32,000 nucleotides of DNA from contig NZ_CP006867.1 of assembly GCF_001481685.1 (NCBI RefSeq), forward strand, positions 720,001 to 752,000, written 5' to 3'. This DNA is from Ignicoccus islandicus DSM 13165 (lineage in GTDB: Archaea > Thermoproteota > Thermoprotei_A > Sulfolobales > Ignicoccaceae). Position numbers and translations under genes: made by a program. Below the pieces are notes generated by a model. The model saw nothing but the letters and a program-made list of their open reading frames with translations. It did no database searches and had not been told where the DNA came from. This document shows, in pieces, positions 26,320-32,000 of this stretch. The first letter of the stretch is position 1, and the number at the start of each line of letters is the position of its first letter.

Positions 26320-27421
26320 TAGCCGGAGGCTTCGGCGTAACATCATATACTACTCTCCTTATTGAAGGAACCTTCTCGAAAATCTCTTCTGCTATCTCTT
26401 CTAATAAGCTCCTGTCTATCTTAAGTACGTCAGCTGTCATGAAGTTATCTGTTAAGACAGCCCTGATTGAGAGAGTGTAATTACCATCCTTTTTCTCTGA
26501 AACTTGTACTACTACGTGCGTAACATCATTTCTCTTGGTTATTATCTCTTTCCATATTTCGTATGGTCTCTCCCACTCTGTAACCAGGGCTATTGGGCCG
26601 TATGCCCTTAGATCGCCCTTGACGCCCGTTGCCTTCACTCCTTCGAATACGTACGTTTCTGGGTTATCCATAATTTTTTCCCCTAACTTGTCTTCCCATA
26701 TAGCGGCAAAGTATTGGCTGGGGTTTAGGTCCTTCAATTTTTCCTCAACGATTGTAGTAGCCTTCCTTAAAGCTTGGAGCTTATCGGTCCTTACCTCACC
26801 CACGCACCTAACTAACAAACCGGGTCCAGGGAACGGTTGCCTAGAAGCTATTTCCTCTGGCAAGCCTAAGGCTCTTGCTACAGCTCTAACCTCGTCTTTA
26901 TAAAGCTCTACGAGAGGCTCCAGTAACTTGAAGCCCCATTTCTCCCTTACGTTTATTCCTAGTTGTTCTAAGACGTTGTGCTGCGTCTTTATCCCACCGG
27001 TCGTTTCTATCCAGTCCGGCGCGGTGGTACCTTGGACTAACCACCGTGCTCCCCACTTTCTCGCTTCTTCGGAAACCACATTGTAGAATATTTCTCTAAA
27101 TATCTTTCTCTTCTCTTCGGCATCGCTTTTTCCGATTAGTTCCTTCATGAAGCGTTCGCTTGCGTCCACTATCTCAATGGGCATTACGTCCTTCAACACT
27201 TCCTTTACCCAGAGCGGCTCTCCCTCTCTCATGAACCCTGTATCAATGAATATTACTCTGATTTGCTCGGGACCTAGAGCTTTGAAAGCTAAAGCGGCCG
27301 CAGTCGTTGAATCAACGCCACCACTCACTGCTGCCAAGACCTTTTCGTTACCTACAAGCTTCCTTATTTCCTCGATTTTTCTCTTAATAAATTCATTTGG
27401 ATCGAACAACTTCCTATTCAC
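26303..27421 (-). CDS. guaA: GMP synthase (glutamine-hydrolysing) subunit B, ATP-pyrophosphatase subunit
   Basis: P-loop AVSGGVDSTTAA, PFPGPGL, C-terminal DVTPKPPATIEYE. No GATase domain, hence the B subunit of the two-subunit archaeal enzyme. GTG start. Confidence 0.9.
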   Translation of the reverse strand: MNRKLFDPNEFIKRKIEEIRKLVGNEKVLAAVSGGVDSTTAAALAFKALGPEQIRVIFIDTGFMREGEPLWVKEVLKDVMPIEIVDASERFMKELIGKSDAEEKRKIFREIFYNVVSEEARKWGARWLVQGTTAPDWIETTGGIKTQHNVLEQLGINVREKWGFKLLEPLVELYKDEVRAVARALGLPEEIASRQPFPGPGLLVRCVGEVRTDKLQALRKATTIVEEKLKDLNPSQYFAAIWEDKLGEKIMDNPETYVFEGVKATGVKGDLRAYGPIALVTEWERPYEIWKEIITKRNDVTHVVVQVSEKKDGNYTLSIRAVLTDNFMTADVLKIDRSLLEEIAEEIFEKVPSIRRVVYDVTPKPPATIEYE

Positions 27422-27532
27422 CGCCTTACGTAAATGGAAAACAGTTTAAACTTCGCGATTCCATGCCCTCAGTGACCTTTTCACCACATTAACCTTCGGC
27501 CGAAATCCGATTCCTCATCGGGCACTATTCGA

Positions 27533-27544
27533 TATACTTTTAAG
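27533..27544 (+). promoter_or_regulatory. TATA-box-like element upstream of tRNA-Ser
   Basis: ATATACTTTTAA centred ~29 nt upstream of tRNA position 1, the expected archaeal box A distance. Pattern only. Confidence 0.4.
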
Positions 27545-27566
27545 TCTAATTAATGAAGGATTTCGT

Positions 27567-27655
27567 GCCGGGGTGCCCGAGCGGCCCAAGGGGGTGGCCT
27601 GGAGAGCCACTCCCCCTAACGGGGGGCGCGGGTTCGAATCCCGCCCCCGGCGCCA
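27567..27655 (+). tRNA. tRNA-Ser (anticodon GGA), class II with long variable arm, genomically encoded CCA, no intron
   Basis: Hand-folded. Acceptor GCCGGGG/CCCCGGC; anticodon stem GTGGC/GCCAC with loop CTGGAGA (GGA at 27601-27603); variable arm CCCCC-TAAC-GGGGG; T arm GCGGG-TTCGAAT-CCCGC; discriminator G; then CCA. Confidence 0.9.
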
Positions 27656-27657
27656 CC

Positions 27658-28677
27658 TCATAGAGTCACGAACTCGATTGATTCTATTCCATACTTGTTT
27701 ATTGGAAGAAGTTTGGAGATCTTTCTCAAGTCTACGTTACATTTACCCTTGCATTTCACGACAATTCTGCTATCACTCCTCTCGATGAAATATATATTTG
27801 AGGAACCGGGATTAAGCGCATCTATTAACTTCATCACCTTGACGTCATCGTCTTCTTCTTCGCGAGCCATTTTCTCGAGAACGTTCAAGGCCTCTTCCCC
27901 AATAACTGATTCCACCTCTTCCTTGCCTCCGAGCGCATCTAGCCTTACCTCTAGCAATTCCTCGGGGGAACCGTGACCTTCTATTAAGAACCGCACTAAT
28001 TGTGCGTAAGCTATGCTTAGGGGTAAGTCTGCTGCCACAGTCCACGAAATCCTGTCGTTGAAAACCTTCTCCCCCTTTCCGAAGTCGTAGTTCCGAGCTA
28101 TCGCTAGTAATAAGTCCAATTTCGATGTACCCATTTCTCTGGAAAGTAAATCGAGTGCCTTTACACCCATTAAGAGAGGACCTTTGACTTCTACGCTTAC
28201 ATCCTTTGTAGAGTTAGAATACAAAGGAGCTATTTCCGATGCTACAGTGCTTAGAGCTTCCTCTAATTCTCCTTCCCCTTCGGCTGTTTTGAGCAATGAG
28301 AAAAGGGCCACGCAAGGTCTCGGATCGTCTCCACATATAGTTATGGTCTTCTTATGACGCAGTATAGAGAGAGCATCATGTAAGTTAGTGACCTCTGTCA
28401 TCTCTGAGCTTATTGGAATAGGATAGAAATTGTAACCCATGAAAATGTAGTCGCTATATAGATCTGAATAAAGATCATCTAAAACGAGAAGGGCCCTAGA
28501 GGAATCTTCATCTAGGAGGTAGTCTAGATTAGATCCTTCTATTATCCAATGGTCTTTAATGACCGCCCTCTTTACCCTCAATCTGATCCCGACCGTCACC
28601 GAATAATAGATATATGTCTCAAAAACGTATGTGTCTAAATGGTCGGTAAAGGAGGATCTCGAAGATATATTCGCCAA
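27658..28677 (-). CDS. Hypothetical acidic cytoplasmic protein, 339 aa, divergent from the molybdoenzyme gene
   Basis: Clean ORF (TTG start at 28677) ending 2 nt from the tRNA. No signal peptide, TM or recognisable motif. Acidic patch EKMAREEEDDDVKV. Confidence 0.5.
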   Translation of the reverse strand: MANISSRSSFTDHLDTYVFETYIYYSVTVGIRLRVKRAVIKDHWIIEGSNLDYLLDEDSSRALLVLDDLYSDLYSDYIFMGYNFYPIPISSEMTEVTNLHDALSILRHKKTITICGDDPRPCVALFSLLKTAEGEGELEEALSTVASEIAPLYSNSTKDVSVEVKGPLLMGVKALDLLSREMGTSKLDLLLAIARNYDFGKGEKVFNDRISWTVAADLPLSIAYAQLVRFLIEGHGSPEELLEVRLDALGGKEEVESVIGEEALNVLEKMAREEEDDDVKVMKLIDALNPGSSNIYFIERSDSRIVVKCKGKCNVDLRKISKLLPINKYGIESIEFVTL

Positions 28678-28750
28678 GGATCTTTCAAACCGTTTATGTT
28701 TTCAGCTACCCTTATTAGTGATACAGTGAGAGAATTCCAATGGTGAGTGC

Positions 28751-31700
28751 TTGAGTTCAGTGAACCAAACTAGGAGAAAGATTATAAAGACCATTGCCAT
28801 TGGCGCTGCCTTCGCTGCTATCAGTAAGGCTTCTAAAGTTCCAAACGAACAACTCGCGGCTGAGTTAGAGGGCATTACCTCTAAGCTTCAAAAGAACGTT
28901 AGGATGGCTCCAGTGAGAATAGAAAGGATACCAGTAGGTCCTTGTAGGTTCTGTGGAACTGGATGTGGCGTGCAAGCCTTAGCTAAGGTTGACACTGCCA
29001 CTGGAGAAACCCTCGATATGCTAGCTATTCTCGGTATGCCTAAGTACCCAGTAAACAGGGGAGCGATGTGTACGAAAGCATTCTACATCCATAAAGCGCT
29101 CGGTTACGGTGGTAATAAGGAAGCTTACAAACTAAGGCTCAAGAAACCAGCAGTTATTAAGGACTGGATAATTCCCGAACTAGGTAGGCCTCCGATAAAG
29201 GAAGACGAGATATTCCTTGCACCGAGAGTCAAGTACGGTCAAGTTAGCAAGAACTACGACGCTAAGCTGACTCAAGAAGAACATTACGCAAAGAACATGG
29301 TAGAAGTCGACTGGGACACTGCAGTAAAGTTCTTCGTTACTATGTTCAAATACGCCCTTAAGAGGTACGGACCTCACAGCTTCGCTTACTACGGAAGCGG
29401 ACAATTAGGAACCGAGGAGAGCTACGTAATCAACAAGTTAACCAAGGGAGGTATTCACACTAACAACCTAGACGGAAACCCGAGAATGTGTATGGTCTCA
29501 GCGGTAGGTGGTTTCATTACCTCCTTCGGTGCTGACGAGCCCGAGGTATCCTACGATCACATCGACATAGTAGACAAGGCCAACCCCGCTTCTAAGATGC
29601 ACGCAACCACGTTCTTCTTAATAGGTACTAACACTGCTGAGGCTCACCCGATAGTCTTCGGTAGAATAGCTAAGGTTAAGGAGAAGAACCCCAACGCAAA
29701 GGTCATACTAGCTGACCCAAGGAAGACCAGGAGCGGAGCTATCGCCGATCTATGGCTACCTCTAAGGTGGTCCATGGACGTCGCTCTGATGAACACTCTC
29801 GCTCACATAGTTGCCTTCGAACTCGACCACTGTAAGGTCATCGACGTAGAGAAAGGTATAGTTCAATGCGATGAGAAGTACGTTGATATCAAGTGGCTCA
29901 AGAGGCATGCTGACTTCGCCGTAATTAAGAACAGCCAGAAGACTTGGGCTAAGAAGGACTATAACACCAAGTACAACAAGATGGGAGAGCTCAACGAAGT
30001 ATGGGACATGGGCACCACTGCAAGCGCCGCCACCAACTACGGAATGTACCCGAGCGTAGGTAAGAAGTACGCCTCCGAAGAGGACGTAGAGAGGGACTGG
30101 TGGAAGGGCTTCGCCCTATACTTGAAGTTCCTTGAGACCTACAAGCCCGAAATAATGGCCAAGTTACTCTTCGGTGACCAAGCACCGCTAATCAACAAGA
30201 AGTTGGCCGAAAAGCTAGTTGCAGCCGGCGAGCTAGCTCCTGAGAAGGTTAACCTAGGAGCTAATACTCCCTTCGTTGAGATAGACCCTGTCGAAGCACT
30301 GAGATTAGCTGCGAAGTGGATGGCTAACGAGAAGGGTCAGAAGGGCAGGACCTTAGTGTTCTGGACCATGGGCGTAAACCAGAAGATGCAAGGTGTCCAC
30401 ACAGTCAACACAATAATCAACTTCCTCGCACTAACTGGCCAGCTATTGAAGTGGGGAGCCGGTGCCCTAAGCCTTACCGGACAGCCGAACGCTTGCGGAG
30501 GTATCAGAGACCAAGGAGGTTTGGCTCACGTACTACCTTACGGAAGGCTAATTGCTGTTAAGGCTGCTAGAGAGGAAGTCGAAAACATATGGAGGCAAGT
30601 AACTGCTGAGTTAATGAGAAGGCAAGGATACAGCGAGAGCGAAATACAAAAGACAATGAAGGAGATCTACGTCCACCCATCCCCCGGACCTCACGTAATC
30701 GAGATGTTCAGAAGAGTGAACGCCGGACAGCTAAAGATCGTCTGGATAGCCGAAACCAACCCCGGACAAAGCCTACCGAACGTATACAAGTACAGAGTGG
30801 GAATGGCCAAGCCACACGACGATTGCAAGGCCTTCCCGTTCGTAGTTGTAAGCGATATTTACCCAACTAGAACGACCGACGTAGCCGACCTAGTCTTCCC
30901 GGCAGCCGCTTACGCTGAGAAGGAGTTCTTCTATGGATGTACTGAGAGAAGGTACTCAGTAGTTAATTACACAATAAGGCCTCCGGGAGAGGCTATAGGC
31001 GACCACGTAATATTCGCCTTAGTAGGAAAGGCCCTAGAAGACGAAGGCCTAGTGCCCAAAGGCATCGTAAGTGGGTTCTTCCCTGAGAACGTTGACGAGG
31101 CCGCTAAGAAGGAAGGTATCAGCTGGGTTCAGTACGTGGTTAAGAAGAGCCAAGAGAAGAAGTGGCATATGAAGTTCCTAGACAACATATACGACGTAGA
31201 CATACTGAGCCTATCTAAGAACACCTACTATGACTTCAGCTACGCAAAAAGAGAAATATTCAGGAAGAAGACGTGGGAAGAACAGCACGGTTACAGATGG
31301 CCATGGCCATGGACCTACGCTGTTAACAAGAACGTGAAGGAGAGATACGATAAATACGAGAGCGCTACCAGATACGCCTATCCGTACGATCCTCTAATGC
31401 CGGAACCTAAGCTAGTTAAAGAGATATACAATAAGATAAAGAACATGAACGATCCAGAGGAGATAAAGCACTACCTAATGAGTATTCCAGACGAGGAACT
31501 GCACCCCATACACAAACACAAGTGGGTCGCTAAGGCCTATAAGAATCCAGCGCTACTGAAGTGGGTATTAAAGAACATTGTCGAGGAAATCGACGACATT
31601 GCCTACAAGGAAGCTAACAAGCTCAACCCAGAGTGGTACGGCTTGTTCTATGCGAAGCCCACTGGTAGAATGACCGTATGGGCTAGGCCGTGGTTGCCGG

Positions 31701-32000
31701 TCAACATAGATCACAACACCGGTGTGGTAACCATAAATGACAACGTCATCATCGCCTACGAGAAGCTTGATGCAGACGCCGTCTTCAAAGGTAAGATAAA
31801 CATCTTCGAGGCACCAAAAGGACCATTCGTCGTGGCTGAGAAACACGTAGGTAAACCAGTCAAGGACGTCAATGAGGCCCTCGAGATGCTAAAGACTAAG
31901 AGCTGGGGCGAGATGATCTCCAACCCAGAGTACAAGAAGTATCTAGAATCGATATTTGCCATAGCTCTAGCTCCTGCTGAAGTACCTGGATTCAAACTAG
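28751..32000 (+). CDS. Tat-exported molybdopterin (Mo/W-bisPGD) oxidoreductase catalytic subunit, NapA/NasA-like, oversized; 3' end outside the window; NOT in the supplied ORF track
   Basis: The + frame with codon starts at 28751+3n has its last stop at 28727-28729 and then no stop to base 32000. I translated it by hand throughout. Start is TTG 28751 (GGTGA at 28742-28746) or GTG 28760. The N-terminus (M)SSVNQTRRKIIKTIAIGAAFAAISKASK is a twin-arginine signal. PCRFCGTGCGV...NRGAMCTK is a C-x2-C-x3-C-x27-C [4Fe-4S] motif. GSGQLGTEESYVINKLTKGGIHTNNLDGNPRMCMVSAVGGF is the Cys Mo-ligand segment. FLIGTNTAEAHPIVF, LVFWTMGVNQ, LSLTGQPNACGG and VVVSDIYPT..DLVFPAAAYAEKE are also present. Confidence 0.85.
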   Translation, partial: MSSVNQTRRKIIKTIAIGAAFAAISKASKVPNEQLAAELEGITSKLQKNVRMAPVRIERIPVGPCRFCGTGCGVQALAKVDTATGETLDMLAILGMPKYPVNRGAMCTKAFYIHKALGYGGNKEAYKLRLKKPAVIKDWIIPELGRPPIKEDEIFLAPRVKYGQVSKNYDAKLTQEEHYAKNMVEVDWDTAVKFFVTMFKYALKRYGPHSFAYYGSGQLGTEESYVINKLTKGGIHTNNLDGNPRMCMVSAVGGFITSFGADEPEVSYDHIDIVDKANPASKMHATTFFLIGTNTAEAHPIVFGRIAKVKEKNPNAKVILADPRKTRSGAIADLWLPLRWSMDVALMNTLAHIVAFELDHCKVIDVEKGIVQCDEKYVDIKWLKRHADFAVIKNSQKTWAKKDYNTKYNKMGELNEVWDMGTTASAATNYGMYPSVGKKYASEEDVERDWWKGFALYLKFLETYKPEIMAKLLFGDQAPLINKKLAEKLVAAGELAPEKVNLGANTPFVEIDPVEALRLAAKWMANEKGQKGRTLVFWTMGVNQKMQGVHTVNTIINFLALTGQLLKWGAGALSLTGQPNACGGIRDQGGLAHVLPYGRLIAVKAAREEVENIWRQVTAELMRRQGYSESEIQKTMKEIYVHPSPGPHVIEMFRRVNAGQLKIVWIAETNPGQSLPNVYKYRVGMAKPHDDCKAFPFVVVSDIYPTRTTDVADLVFPAAAYAEKEFFYGCTERRYSVVNYTIRPPGEAIGDHVIFALVGKALEDEGLVPKGIVSGFFPENVDEAAKKEGISWVQYVVKKSQEKKWHMKFLDNIYDVDILSLSKNTYYDFSYAKREIFRKKTWEEQHGYRWPWPWTYAVNKNVKERYDKYESATRYAYPYDPLMPEPKLVKEIYNKIKNMNDPEEIKHYLMSIPDEELHPIHKHKWVAKAYKNPALLKWVLKNIVEEIDDIAYKEANKLNPEWYGLFYAKPTGRMTVWARPWLPVNIDHNTGVVTINDNVIIAYEKLDADAVFKGKINIFEAPKGPFVVAEKHVGKPVKDVNEALEMLKTKSWGEMISNPEYKKYLESIFAIALAPAEVPGFKL

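Noticed and set aside
27573-27788. 71-aa + strand ORF from the track (MPERPKGVAWRATPPNGGRGFESRPRRH...)
   Set aside because: It is simply the tRNA-Ser gene read as protein and then runs antisense into the 27658-28677 gene. The GC-rich Arg/Gly/Pro start is the tRNA stems.
831-27976. Antisense or alternative-frame track ORFs nested in long genes (e.g. 831-1211, 2219-2491, 6840-7169, 7396-7587, 7730-8011, 8096-8314, 8586-8813, 8870-9115, 9221-9415, 11510-11707, 11802-11990, 12255-12470, 13491-14087, 15335-15562, 17594-17927, 18645-18944, 19321-19776, 19967-20532, 21050-21241, 22389-22962, 24178-24411, 24891-25085, 25778-26168, 26535-26903, 27147-27449, 27695-28045)
   Set aside because: All lie inside ORFs with strong family signatures or much longer open frames. 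Their translations are low-complexity Ser/Leu/Pro/Arg-rich shadows with no motifs.
28740-28754. ATG GTG AGT GCT TGA mini-ORF just upstream of the molybdoenzyme start
   Set aside because: It is only 4 codons and in a different frame. The GGTGA inside it is more plausibly the Shine-Dalgarno-like element for the TTG 28751 / GTG 28760 start.
27567-28760. Possible integrated element or virus at tRNA-Ser (classic archaeal att site)
   Set aside because: I saw no integrase-like ORF, no partitioned int fragments and no second copy of the tRNA 3' half (GGTTCGAATCCCGCC...) elsewhere in the window. Only the composition shift remains, and it is reported separately. The far boundary would lie outside the window, so this is unresolved rather than disproved.
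29180-31995. Four short minus-strand ORFs (29180-29404, 29991-30185, 31568-31846, 31756-31995), the only track entries in this region
   Set aside because: They are antisense shadows of the >1,080-codon + strand molybdoenzyme frame, which has clear cofactor-binding motifs.
1-32000. CRISPR arrays, IS/transposase genes, rRNA genes, long near-identical DNA repeats
   Set aside because: Reading through the window, I saw no regularly spaced direct repeats, terminal inverted repeats, transposase/integrase-like ORFs or GC-rich rRNA-like blocks. The only repeats found are protein-level modules in 2280-4225 and purine-rich coiled-coil codons in 6470-6650. An exhaustive k-mer search was not possible by hand.

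Overview
This is a very gene-dense archaeal chromosomal segment with overlapping gene ends and almost no intergenic space. RadA, Kae1, a class I CCA-adding enzyme, ribosomal proteins S17e/S24e/S27ae, GGGP synthase and an Nre-type protein are diagnostic of Archaea. AT-rich coding, frequent GTG/TTG starts, sequon-rich surface proteins and a RadA that (from memory) closely resembles Sulfolobus RadA suggest a thermophilic crenarchaeote, Sulfolobales-like; that taxonomic call is inference only. Most of the window is housekeeping: cca, purQ-purS-purC, radA-wHTH-nreA, leuS, rps17e-rps24e-rps27ae-kae1, hisI / GGGPS / hisC, two RNA methyltransferases, GMP synthase subunit B and tRNA-Ser(GGA). Five things are not ordinary. 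(1) A >1,080-codon open frame at 28751-32000 is absent from the supplied ORF track because it has no stop inside the window. It encodes a Tat-signal, NapA/NasA-like molybdopterin oxidoreductase with large insertions and codon usage visibly different from the rest of the window, located just past the tRNA-Ser gene and a divergent orphan gene. (2) A 1,329-aa AT-rich surface protein carries four tandem ~165-aa modules and is divergent from an HTH/coiled-coil protein. (3) At the purS/purQ junction, purQ has no canonical start codon and an A4 run bridges the two frames. (4) radA, a small wHTH gene and nreA form a tightly overlapped unit. (5) LeuRS carries a ~60-aa insertion. I saw no CRISPR array, IS element, integrase or rRNA. 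All product calls rest on motifs recognised by eye and remembered family signatures, not on database searches.
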